Of a stretch of DNA of 34,090 bases, positions 23,732 to 34,090 are shown piece after piece. The position numbers were made by a program, and so were the translations under genes. How positions within the stretch are numbered: the first letter of the stretch is position 1; every line of letters begins with the position of its first letter. This DNA is from Octopus bimaculoides (Eukaryota), in assembly GCF_001194135.2 (NCBI RefSeq), contig NC_068991.1, positions 23,615,431 to 23,649,520 of the forward strand. The letters are read 5' to 3'. The notes beneath the pieces were generated by a model that worked only from the letters and a program-made list of their open reading frames with translations, was not told the origin of the DNA and made no database searches.

Positions 23732-23788
23732 GGATCTTCTTTGTGAGAGCGTTTGACATAAACCTTTCGTTTGTATTTCTTCTGGTTA
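23732..23788 (-). CDS. NOP53: NOP53 penultimate exon (57 nt)
   Basis: tgtttacag|T AAC CAG AAG AAA TAC...GAT CC|gtaagt encodes (S)NQKKYKRKVYVKRSHKED(P). It matches the basic KYK.K..KR tail of NOP53. Confidence 0.9.
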
Positions 23789-24163
23789 CTGTAAACAGAA
23801 AAATCAATATGCATTATTAATGAATTTTCAAACCAAAGTGAAGTGGCTGATGTATTTTAATTCCTTAACAGAATATCAAATAAAATAAAAAAAGGTTTCT
23901 GTAAAAACATACATTAGAAATACTTTCATTCCTAATATACAAAACATGATTAAAGTCTGTGGTTCTTGAAATTCATTTTGTATATGTTAGGCTTCCAATA
24001 CTATTTTTATTTTCTGTCTTTGTCTCCCACTACTTTACATCCATAAGAATAAAGTACCATGACTGGTACTCTATTATATTGATCTCAAAAAGATGGGATG
24101 AAAGGCAAATGATGATGAGAATCCTGGAAAACAAACAAAAAAAAAATTGAAAAGAAAGCTAAC

Positions 24164-24246
24164 CTTTTCTTGAAGACTTGTCGAGGTTCCAGGATATTTC
24201 TGCGTTGTAAACTGGTAAATCTGTCTTCTAAAAGATTTCCTTCCGG
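24164..24246 (-). CDS. NOP53: NOP53 exon (83 nt)
   Basis: ttttgtcag|...|gttagc encodes PEGNLLEDRFTSLQRRNILEPRQVFKK, matching the NOP53 hallmark PEGN.L.DRF.S.Q.RN..EPR. Confidence 0.96.
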
Positions 24247-24764
24247 CTGACAAAAGAACATTATCAAAACAGACTTGAGCTTAAGTTAATTAAATGTGTT
24301 ATTTATGTGCAAAGTTGTAAATTTATGAAAAGGTGAAAGTTGCTAATGTAGATGGATTTTCAAAGGACATTAACAACATAAAGATTAGAACCCAACTATG
24401 ATAAAATAATCTTAGAGCTTTAAGCAATAATAAAAATATCTTTAAGCATTAAACAAGTATTCACACAACTGGATATTTTTTTCAGCTTTGGAATTATAGG
24501 AAGAAATAGAAAATTACGATAACCAGGCCTTTTCTAAGAGGTACAAATAAAGTTAGCAAAATGGTTGAAACAGAGAATTAAAACTAGGTAATGGTCTACA
24601 TTTATGATATAACAGTGGTACCTGTTGCATCACTATATTTTGAATGAGTTTCAGTCCATTTCATAGACAAAATCAATGGACTAAAACGGGAGTGTCAAAC
24701 ATAAAGCTTGCAACAATGTTTAATTTGGTATTCCCCAGTTCTGTTTCATAACAAGAAGAATTTT

Positions 24765-26030
24765 ATTTACATCGACCCCAGTGTTCGACTGGTACTTAAT
24801 TTATTGACCCTGAAAGGATGAAAGGCAATGTCGACCTCAGAACGTAGCGACAGGTGAAATGCTGCTAAGTATTTTGCCTGACATGCTAACGATTCTACCA
24901 GCTTGCCAACTTAATAATAATTGGTCATGAATAACCATGGGATTGCAACTACAAAGTTACCCTCCGAGGCACAAGTCCGGGCAAGGTTGTTTATGGAAGA
25001 CCAGCAGTCGCCCATGCATACCAGCCTCCCCTCTCCACACCACCAATGTTATCCAAGGGAAAGGCAAAAAGGCCGATACAGCTTGGCACCAGTGGCATCG
25101 CAACTCATTTCTTCAGCTGAGTGAACTGGAGCAACAAGAAATAAAGTGTCTTGCTCAAGAACACAACACACAGCCCAGTCTGGGAATTGAACCCACGTCA
25201 CGATTGTAAGCTCGACTCTCTAACTACCGAGCCTTCACTTAATAATAATAATCGACTAGTCCCCTCCCCGTAAATTTCAGGCCTTTTGCCTATAGTAGAA
25301 AGGATTATTATTATTATTAATAATAATCCTTTATACTATAGGCAAAAGACCTGAAATTTGTGGGGAGGGGACTAGTCGATTATATTGACCCCGGTCTTTC
25401 ACTGGTACTTAACTTATTGACCCCGAAGGGATAAAAGGTAAAGTCAACTTAGGCAGAATTTGAACTCAGAATGTGAAAACGGACAGAATACTGCTAAGTA
25501 TTTCACCTGGTGTGTTAACAATTCTGCCTGCTAGCCACCTTAATAATAATGATAACAATAATAATGATGATGATGATGATAATGATGATTTTAAATTTTG
25601 GCACAAGGCCAGTAATTTTAGGAGAGGGGATAAATTGATTACATTGACCCCAGTGCTCAAGAGGTAACTATTTTATTAGCTCTAGAAGGGATGAAAGGAA
25701 AAGTTGGCCACAGTGGAATCTGAACTCAGAACATAAAGATTAATGAAATACCATTAAGCAATCTAGCAGGTGTGCTAACAATTCTGCCAGCTCGCTGCCT
25801 TATTATTATAATAATAGTGGTTTCGAATTCTGGCACAAGGTCAGCAAGGCATGTCAATTATATCAACCCCAGTGCTCAACTGCTACTTATTTTACCAACC
25901 CCGAAAGGATGAAAGGCAAAGTCGACCCCAATGGGATTTGAATTCAGAACATAGTGACAGACAATATGTCACTGAGCGTTTCTCCCAGCATGCTAAAGAT
26001 TCTGCCAGCTCACTGCCTTATGATAATAAT
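24765..26030 (-). mobile_element. cluster of four same-orientation SINE family 2 copies plus one inverted tail fragment
   Basis: Copies at about 24765-24915, 25320-25550, 25595-25810 and 25825-26030 share GACCCC...AAGGATGAAAGGCAA.GTCGAC...GAACTCAGAAC...TGCTAA.GATTCTGCCAGCT. They are separated by (AAT/GAT)n tails. Confidence 0.85.
24925..25233 (-). mobile_element. third tRNA-derived SINE family copy
   Basis: The minus strand begins GGCTCGGTAGTTAGAG...GGGTTCAATTCCCAG (A- and B-box-like), then GTTCTTGAGCAAGACACTTTAT. Only one full copy is in the window. Confidence 0.6.
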
Positions 26031-26113
26031 AATAATTTTGTTTCTCTGGCAACATAACATAACTGTACAAAAAAGTAAATAAAATTATAAAAGCAATAAA
26101 TCAGTTCACTTAC

Positions 26114-26180
26114 CACAACTTTACGGAGGCAGTCTGGAAGTTCCTCGCAAAGTTTTACATCTAGTTCAGGTTTAACAAAA
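26114..26180 (-). CDS. NOP53: NOP53 exon (67 nt)
   Basis: gatttag|T TTT GTT AAA...GTT GTG|gtaagt encodes FVKPELDVKLCEELPDCLRKVV. This is homologous to the Y..PD.DV.L..EL..SLR.LK segment before PEGN. Confidence 0.92.
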
Positions 26181-27184
26181 CTAAATCAGTTAAGGAATTA
26201 ACAGAAATCAAATTTATCAACAGAAATACTTTCTAAGACTTTTATTCCTAGACATACAAGAAATATAATACTCACCTGCAGGCACTTTCATCTATCATAT
26301 CTATTCCTAATGTAAAAATATCAAGCAAAAAGATTGATAAAAAATGAATGAGTTCTCACCTCACACCATTGTCATTTGATGTCTGTTTTCCATGTATATA
26401 TTTTATAGTTGGACCCAACCTCATACAATAGTAAACCAGATCGACACTTGTCAGCTGTAGTAAACTGAAGTTTTCATTTGTTTGTTTTTCATTTGCAGGT
26501 CCACTTTTCCATGCTTGCATGAGTCAGATGAGACTACACTGAAACAGAATTTTCAAAGGCTGGATACTCTCCCTGATACCAACTCTCACCTGTTTCCAAG
26601 CAAACTAATAATAATTCAGCCAACAAACAGCACAAACATGGTCATGTAGAGGACTGAAAAAAAATGACACCATTTGAATGAGCTGTATGTTTATAAAGAT
26701 TGCACAACATACCAAGAAACCCAGGTATGGTTTCCAGGTGAACTGCAAGCAAAAGACACCATCAATATGAACAATGAGGCTTTGTTTGCAATTAGCAAAT
26801 ACACATGAAGAGAAATATAAATTCACATCAACATGTATATATATATATATATATATATATTACAGATATTGGGACCCACAGAGGGGATGACAGGAGACTG
26901 AAACTCCTGACGGTTAGCTGTGCTTGAAAAGACATGTCAAACTAAGTAAAAGCATGGTTGTCCTTGCATACAGGTTGCAACCCTCTCCCTGAGCATCCCT
27001 AATCTCGCAGGCTTGTAGATGCTGGTGCCACACATAAAGCAATGTGACCTTGAACCAATGCTAGAGAAAAATGATTAATATGAGAGGAGGGGCAGTAGCA
27101 CTTGTAGTGATCCAAACTAACCCCTTCGTAACCATATTTCCCATGAAGTACATAGTTTTTGTGTAAACAATAATGAAAACAAGG

Positions 27185-27304
27185 TTGTGAGCTGGCAGAT
27201 TCATTTGCATGCCAGGCAGAATGCATAACAGAATTTTGTCTGCCTTTATGTTCCGAGTTCAAATACCGCCAAGGTCGACTTTGCCTTTCATCCTTTTGGG
27301 AGTG
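27185..27304 (+). mobile_element. SINE family 2, 5' part running into a gap
   Basis: GTGAGCTGGCAGATTC...CCGAGTTCAAATACCGCCAAGGTCGACTTTGCCTTTCATCCTTTTGGG. Confidence 0.8.
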
Positions 27305-27746
27305 NNNNNNNNNNNNNNNNNNNNNNNNNNNNNNNNNNNNNNNNNNNNNNNNNNNNNNNNNNNNNNNNNNNNNNNNNNNNNNNNNNNNNNNNNNNNNNNN
27401 NNNNNNNNNNNNNNNNNNNNNNNNNNNNNNNNNNNNNNNNNNNNNNNNNNNNNNNNNNNNNNNNNNNNNNNNNNNNNNNNNNNNNNNNNNNNNNNNNNNN
27501 NNNNNNNNNNNNNNNNNNNNNNNNNNNNNNNNNNNNNNNNNNNNNNNNNNNNNNNNNNNNNNNNNNNNNNNNNNNNNNNNNNNNNNNNNNNNNNNNNNNN
27601 NNNNNNNNNNNNNNNNNNNNNNNNNNNNNNNNNNNNNNNNNNNNNNNNNNNNNNNNNNNNNNNNNNNNNNNNNNNNNNNNNNNNNNNNNNNNNNNNNNNN
27701 NNNNNNNNNNNNNNNNNNNNNNNNNNNNNNNNNNNNNNNNNNNNNN

Positions 27747-27855
27747 CCTTTTAGTTCTTGTTTTCTCAATTTCTTTCTTTTGCTTCTCTTTTGAAATTTT
27801 CTTCCTTTCAACTTCATTGTCAAATTTTTTGATATCTTTCAGCATACTCCGTACT
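27747..27855 (-). CDS. NOP53: NOP53 exon, 3' end lost in a gap
   Basis: tcttcag|A GTA CGG AGT ATG... completes AG|A (R) from the previous exon and encodes RVRSMLKDIKKFDNEVERKKISKEKQKKEIEKTRTKR. Confidence 0.88.
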
Positions 27856-28035
27856 CTGAAGAGGAAAAAAATTTTTTTCTTTTGCAAATGTAAAACTATT
27901 TCATTGCCTCTATGTTAAAACAACAGTATAACTATGCAGTTACAAGATCAATCTCTCTTCTCACATTTTGCAAATTGTGCACATGATGTAATGGAGAGAG
28001 AGACAGAGACAGACAGACAGACAGAGGGAGGACTG

Positions 28036-28074
<39 letters not shown>

Positions 28075-28203
28075 ATTGATAGAACGGTGGAGAGACAATA
28101 AGTAGAGATGAGTAAAATTAAAAAAGAGAGTGATAATTAGTAGAGAAAGCGATAGACTGAAGTTGAGTGAAAATAGAAGAGTCAGTATGAGATATATGTA
28201 GTG

Positions 28204-28237
<34 letters not shown>

Positions 28238-28982
28238 AAACCTCAACAGCAGAAATGCTATGGGAATGAAAGAAAAATATTACATATGTGAAACATTACC
28301 CTATTTGTGTTTAGGGTTATTTTATGTAATGAATAAGGTATAATTTGAGGACTTGGTTATTGAGGATTCTAGAAGGTTGAGCAAAAATGTAAAACTTTCC
28401 TTATTAAAGATGATCTACTCAATCATTTTTTGCTTGTTGATCCCTTTGATTCCTATTTTACTCTACAAGACCTCCATAGTCATTTGATGCATATAAAAAA
28501 ATTGGTGCCACTTTGGTGTGTGATCTACAACCTCAAGGGCAATTACTTCATAGGTTTTAGTTTCTTTACATTGTAAAACTCATGGCTGCCAAACTTGTGT
28601 GATGTATGTGCTTATTTTGATTATAATATTATTCTTGGTTTCTCATTATTATTTACTAAGACATAAATGAAACATGGTTTTATTATTAAAATAGTAAGAA
28701 TTTTGAAAAAAATACATTTACAATGCTAAGTATGTTCAAAAGAATTTACTGTAAAACTCTAGCCAACATCTTAAGGGTTTTTAGAAATTAAAAAGTAAGC
28801 TAAAAGGTAACCTAAAGTAATCCTCCTTTAAGCTGAAGATCACACACCAAAATAGCACCAAAAAATTCCTACTGTATTTTTATATTAGGAATTGTATTAA
28901 AAAAATTGAAATATTTTGTATATTATAGACGTATAAGCAATTTATTACACAAACTTTAACAACAAAATTTAGTATGGACCTC

Positions 28983-28997
28983 GGTTGAGAACCACTG
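28983..28997 (-). mobile_element. solitary hAT (Buster/Charlie-like) terminal inverted repeat
   Basis: The reverse complement is CAGTGGTTCTCAACC, a typical hAT TIR, and the flanking 8-mer ATCTATAT has a central TA. The partner end was not found. Confidence 0.45.
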
Positions 28998-29090
28998 ATC
29001 TATATTAAAACAATTTAGAAAATAAAAATGTTCTGGATTCTAGCAGATACAGCATAAATAAATAATTTCTAGTTTTTGCAAAGTGCTTAC

Positions 29091-29146
29091 CTGTAAACAT
29101 CATTTTCTCGTTTCTTTAATAACTTCTTATTTTTCCTTGTTCTTTC
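29091..29146 (-). CDS. NOP53: NOP53 exon (56 nt)
   Basis: ttttatag|GAA AGA...TAC AG|gtaagc encodes ERTRKNKKLLKKRENDVY(R). Phases fit both neighbouring exons. Confidence 0.9.
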
Positions 29147-29929
29147 CTATAAAAGAGAAAGTAAAAGGAGAAGAACAGAAATAAAATTACTTTCTGAGTA
29201 TGGCTATTGTGCATGTATTTTCTTTTATCATTTTACAGGACTCTGGTTCTCTCACTTCCTCTTTCTCACCCTGTCTCTTTCCTACCACCTTCTCTTTTCC
29301 ATCACATCCCCATGCTGATTTTATTCAACCTTTTTACCAATAATCATAATGTAGCTGTCTACCACTTTCTCTCTTTTTCTTTACTCTTCTCCCACACTGG
29401 TTCTCTTTCATCACTGACTCTTTTATGACTTAGTTTTGTTGTTTCTATACAATCTTTTTAGTAACTAACACCAGAAAAGATCAACCCACCATACACTCTC
29501 TTTTCTATCACCTCCATGCCCCTATCAATCCGATTATTCTGTATTTTCCTTCCATCACACAGACTTTTGTCCCATCTAGTTGTGTGGGAAAGAAAACAAT
29601 GTTTGTAAAAAGACAATACAAGGTAAAGGAAACTCTTTAATCTTGCTAGTGGGCTGACAAAGGCTCTCACGCTGGTGAAAGAAAAGACAAATGAGCAGAG
29701 GCAAGACAGCTGTAGTTCTGGTGATATAAGATGCACCCAGCATTCTCTTTGAACTGATAGATAAATGAATGGTCAAAAACAGAGAATAGGACTATTAACC
29801 TTGCTAAGGACAAAACAAGTTTTCTGGTGATGGTACCATGATAAAATGCATTTGGTACACTTTGTATAATGGTTGGTGACAGGAAGAACATCCATTTATA
29901 AAATATATTAAAAGAGTTTGCTTCCTGTA

Positions 29930-31095
29930 TATTATTTTTTGTCTGGTTTTTCAGTTCAGTCAAACTTGCAGAGAATTTAGATATTGTGGCAACACATACA
30001 TGTGCTACAGTAATCGCTAGTAGAAAAGGACTGCCGTTGGATATAAAAAAAGCAAAATTTAAAAAAAAAAGATGAAATAATTCAACGGCAGAAAGGAAAT
30101 TTGCTAGCGACCGCATACAGAGATAAGAGGCAGATCAATTTTCTGTCTACCTGTGCATGGCCACATGTGGATGAAAATAGCACCCTATTTGTGAACCTCG
30201 ATTACAACAGGTACATGGGTGGTGTAGATCGGCTGAATCAGATGATGTCTTATTATCCAGTTGGCAGACCGGGGAATAAATGATGGCGACACCTGGTTTG
30301 GTATATAGTAAATATGAGTATTACTAATGTGATTATACTATATACCAAATTGGGACCAGCTCAAAAGCGATGCGACCAGATATAGCAACACAATTGAGAG
30401 CTGGTCATTCCTCAAAAAAATATAACTGTAGGGAGAAAAAACAAAGCCTGCCAGAGGGATATCCCTCTGAATTCAGCCGATCTCCATAAATTAGAAAAAA
30501 AAAATCGAGGGTTGCAAAAAGCAGTGTCACGAATGCCTTCATCAAAAAAGGAAAGCTCCTAGTGGACGGTCTGTTGAAATAACTTTCCAATGTGCATTTT
30601 GCAAGGTTGCATTATGTAGAACAGGGTGCGCTTATTTCATCTAGTTGATGGTGTATTTTGTTTTCTAGTTTTCTTCACAGACAAATTCCAGTCTTTCGTT
30701 TTATTTATATCTTTATGGTACACCTGTCTTTTGTGTGTTTAAATTCACCTGATAAATCCAGTAATGTGCACAACTCTTCTATAGTAAAATTTTGTTGTAT
30801 ACCCAATTGAATATTAGCTAATAACCTATTTTCTATAGCGATGTTTGAACAAAATTTTCATAATTTTATAATTTGTTGAATTTACCTGTAATTAGAATCA
30901 CTTTGAGACAAAAATTATGGAATAGAATTGGTTGAGAACCTTTTGTTAAATTTTCTTTCAAAAATCACATTAATATGCTGATAAATAAAAAAGTTAGAGT
31001 TGTTTAATGAAACTAGGCTAAATTTATGATTAAGTTAGAAATTAATTGAAACACATAAGGGGTGTATTTTGGTTAGAAATATGGTAACGAAAGGG
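29930..31095 (+). mobile_element. piggyBac (PGBD4-like) transposon 3' half, degenerate, with right terminus
   Basis: Reads FFSSVKLAE, QRQKGNLLATAYRDKRQINFLST and DYNRYMGGVDRLNQMMSYY, then the Cys-rich tail CHEC...CAFCKVALCRTGC (30525-30644). The terminus is GGTAACGAAAGGG|TTA at 31095. Confidence 0.88.
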
Positions 31096-31098
31096 TTA

Positions 31099-31215
31099 GA
31101 ACAGCAGAAACATTGGGCAAATTACCCTTACAAAGTAGAAAAATTTGTCGATCAGATGGTTGTTGACAAGTTTTTCCACTTCATAAGGGTAATTTGCCCA
31201 ATGTTTGTGCTGTTC
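31099..31215. mobile_element. 117-bp fold-back MITE with TA target duplication
   Basis: 32-bp TIRs with one mismatch (31099-31130 vs 31184-31215), flanked by TA at 31097-31098 and 31216-31217. Confidence 0.85.
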
Positions 31216-31549
31216 TAAAGGCATCTCTGTTTTGGAAGATAAATTATTTCATTTGTATCTATATAAACATTTTGGCACTCATAAAAAACAAATGTTAGTT
31301 TGTTTATATGTATACATGTCATATAAGTTTATAAGACACTTTATCATCACTATCATTTTATGTCCAGTTTGCTATGCTACAAGGGCTGAACAAAAGTGCT
31401 TAAAGCACCTGGGTTTCCTAAGTGGTTACCCATCTAAGTTTTAAGCCATGTTTACTGCATAATATGGGTGTGAGCTAATTATTCACATTTATCAGTCAGG
31501 AATACATTAAATATTTAAAATAAAATGATTAAATATAAACTCTGTTTAC

Positions 31550-31732
31550 CTCAACTTTACGTTCTCGTGCTTTACGGTGTTGCTTTTTTGTTTTAGCTTT
31601 TGGTTGTTTTTTAGCTACTTCATTTTCCTCATTATTGAGTTCTGCATTTTCTCCATCTTTCTCTTCATTTAGTTTTTCTTTATCACCATCCTCTTCTTGA
31701 AGCCCGGCAGACATTTCTTTTATCCAAGATTC
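31550..31732 (-). CDS. NOP53: NOP53 exon (183 nt)
   Basis: ttttaaag|GAA TCT TGG...GTT GAG|gtaaac encodes ESWIKEMSAGLQEEDGD...KQPKAKTKKQHRKARERKVE, the acidic linker and KT..Q.R segment of NOP53. Confidence 0.92.
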
Positions 31733-32360
31733 CTTTAAAACAAACACACAGAACAAAAGCAAATAAATACACAAACAAAATTTCTAAGGAAAATCAGAAA
31801 TATACTAAATGACTAAGCCATTGCCAACTAAGTTACTGTTATGTTTGACTACTAGTCAGAATGATAATGATTCATATTCTTTGATCAGTACTAATATATG
31901 TGCTTTGAAAAACATTTATCTTAAAATGGTTTAATCTGCATAGTCAGAGATACACTTTAGTCACTGCATCAAAGTTAAGTTACTAATTTGCAGTGCCAAG
32001 TTCACAGTACACCATATATATATACATGATCATCATTTAACATCCATTTTCCATGCTGGCGAGGGAGGGAGGGAGGGATTGATTGATTGATGTATGGATG
32101 TATATATGTATGTATGCATGCATATATATATATCTTCACTTCTCTTCACTCATATATATATATATGTATTATGTATGCGTGTGTGTGTGTGTGTGTGTGT
32201 GTGTATTTATAATTAGGAAACACAAAATATTTATTTTTGTATTGAGTAAGAATGAGAGAGCAGAGAAACAACAACACTAGAAGAATGGAATTAGATTTAA
32301 ACGTAATATAAACTAATAAAAAAAAAGAACTATAGTTAATGACAAGAAAATAAATCTTAC

Positions 32361-32471
32361 TGTAGTTGGTGCTTCTGCTGCTGTTGGGAACATAGCATCC
32401 AGAGCTCTTGTTAACTTATCTTGCATCTTAGTGTATCGCTTTTCTTCATTTGTTGCAATTTGTAAAAGATT
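32361..32471 (-). CDS. NOP53: NOP53 exon (111 nt)
   Basis: cttttgcag|AAT CTT...ACT ACA|gtaaga encodes NLLQIATNEEKRYTKMQDKLTRALDAMFPTAAEAPTT. It is phase 0/0 and open. Confidence 0.9.
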
Positions 32472-32744
32472 CTGCAAAAGAAATATTACATAATGTTTAA
32501 TAAAACTAGGTGGAAATATTTTTATATTTACAATGAAACAGGAAAACAGTGCTATATCAACAGATCATGTGACAAAGTGCCAATAACTGACCACAGGAAA
32601 ATAGATATCAACTGGCTATAAGAGAATGCTACCAAGGTTATAAAACAAAGACACAAACTGGCCATGCGACAATGGTTCCAGCCACAGGCTGTATTAAAAC
32701 AACCAGACACACCTGATTGATGAGTAAACCAACAACAGGTCTAA

Positions 32745-33000
32745 ATCATCATAATCATCATGTGATGCCCGTGTTCCACACTAGCATCGCTTGGAGGGCT
32801 TGACAAGATCTGGTGGATCTGAAGACTGCATTATGCCCCAATTCTGCTTTAGCTTGTTTTTTAAAGATTGGATGCCATTTCTAACACCATCCACTTTCAA
32901 GAGTGTAATGGGTCTTTTCTTTTTTTGACACCAGCACTAAATGAAGATGCTATGCAGCCTGTAAGACTGAGATCCCTTTCAACTGGGTGGGCCTACAACA
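32745..33000 (-). mobile_element. RTE 3' UTR remnant
   Basis: A (CAT)n tail, then GGATGCCATTTCTAACACCATCCACT, as in the other RTE UTR copies. Confidence 0.65.
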
Positions 33001-33149
33001 AAAAGGCAGGCAGCTTTATGCTATAGGATGAGGAGTTAAGTATGAGCAAATACAACAGGCGACAACTGGAATGACAATATCATAAACCAACAACACAAAG
33101 GTGAAAAAAAATAATTTGTTAATAATCAATATTAAAGTCTTCAACTTAC

Positions 33150-33245
33150 TTCATGATCATCAAATGCTGGATTATAGGAACTACCTGCATGGGGTACCTC
33201 GATGGCAGGCACCTCAGAACGTTTCTTTAAATACATTGCAGGAGG
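33150..33245 (-). CDS. NOP53: NOP53 exon (96 nt), the most 5' exon visible
   Basis: ttttttcag|CCT CCT...CAT GAA|gtaagt encodes PPAMYLKKRSEVPAIEVPHAGSSYNPAFDDHE, matching the conserved PA.EV...G.SYNP.F.DH motif. Confidence 0.95.
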
Positions 33246-33589
33246 CTGAAAAAATAACACAAGAAGTTTTATGTTTGTTTGTTTGTGTGTGTGTGTGAGG
33301 GGGGAGGGGGTAGACAGATACACACACATCATTGTTTTAAGGGTCACTTTTTCACCCTTGCATGGGTCAGAAAGAGTTTATTGAGGCAGATTTTTTATTG
33401 CCAGATGCCCTTCCAGTCAACAACCATCACCTTTTAAAGCAAAGTGATATTTCCCTACAGACAAACAAATTTTTGCAGAATATTGAAAATGTATGACACT
33501 CATTTACAACAATCGAGGTCAAGGCAAGAAAGCAAAAATAAACACAGACACATATATGTACACATACACACATATTTATATTCTTTTAT

Positions 33590-33965
33590 TCGTTTAATTG
33601 ATTCAGCCATTTTGATTGTGACCATGCTGGAGCACCACCTTTTAGTTGAAGAAAACCTCTGGACTTATATTTTGTAAGCCTGGTACTACTTCTATCAGTC
33701 TCTTTTGCTGAACCGCTAAGTTACAGGGACGTAAACACACCAAGATTGGTTGTCAAGCGATGGTGGAAGGACAAACACACAAATAAGCATATATGTATAC
33801 ATACATACATATATATATATCTATATATATACACACAAGCTTCTTACAGTTTCAGTCTACCAAATCCATTCCCAAGGCTTTGATCAGCCCAAGGTCCCAT
33901 GCAGTAGAACTGAACCCATAACCATGTGGTTAGAAAGTAAGCTTCTTACCATACAACCAGGCCTG
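33590..33965 (-). mobile_element. SINE family 1 copy
   Basis: Reverse complement of the SINE1 body and head. Confidence 0.85.
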
Positions 33966-34050
33966 CATCTATGTGTCTTTGTATTTCATGGTGTTTTTCG
34001 TATTTCATATTTCATGCTGTTTACGTTTTGTGAAGTCCTTTACCCATATA

Positions 34051-34090
<40 letters not shown>

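Noticed and set aside
27117-31098. Inverted piggyBac-type ends (CTAA|CCCCTTCGTAACCATATTTC at 27117 and the 31095 terminus) as one element that captured two NOP53 exons
   Set aside because: The enclosed exons are ordinary in-phase parts of the host gene, and the left end has only about 20 bp of similarity with a mutated TTAA. Two independent insertions of one family is the simpler explanation.
22869-33149. Intronic C/D snoRNAs (human NOP53 hosts one, from memory)
   Set aside because: Minus-strand RTGATGA boxes near 29410 and 31348 have no CTGA D box at a suitable distance and no rRNA-complementary guide that I could see. H/ACA RNAs cannot be excluded by eye; snoscan or Infernal would be needed.

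Overview
This is AT-rich, repeat-dense animal genomic DNA with five assembly gaps (3090-3099, 6882-7393, 13684-13693, 16437-16730, 27305-27746). The SINE/RTE repertoire looks like an octopod cephalopod; this is recognition from memory, not a database result. Two spliced host genes lie in tandem on the minus strand. The first is the 3' part of NOP53/GLTSCR2, with nine exons reconstructed by hand from GT-AG sites and consistent phases (33245 down to 22862) plus a poly(A) signal. The second is mitochondrial endonuclease G (ENDOG): exon 1 at 18109-17582 carries the DRGH motif, exon 2 is at 12390-12278, and the C-terminal exon(s) are not visible. Most of the remainder is decayed mobile DNA: an RTE LINE with a PHD-like finger, many RTE 3' ends, a Buster-type hAT, a piggyBac, a Helitron fragment, three tRNA-type SINE families, MITEs and microsatellites. 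I found no convincing new multi-gene system. The best leads are regulatory or structural: an 18-codon uORF whose stop overlaps the ENDOG start, a possible 31-nt cassette/poison exon in NOP53, a last intron that barely changes the protein whether spliced or retained, several long intronic fold-backs (candidate ADAR or small-RNA substrates), and a telomere-repeat palindrome/G-quadruplex. Repeat boundaries are approximate; exon boundaries were counted base by base.
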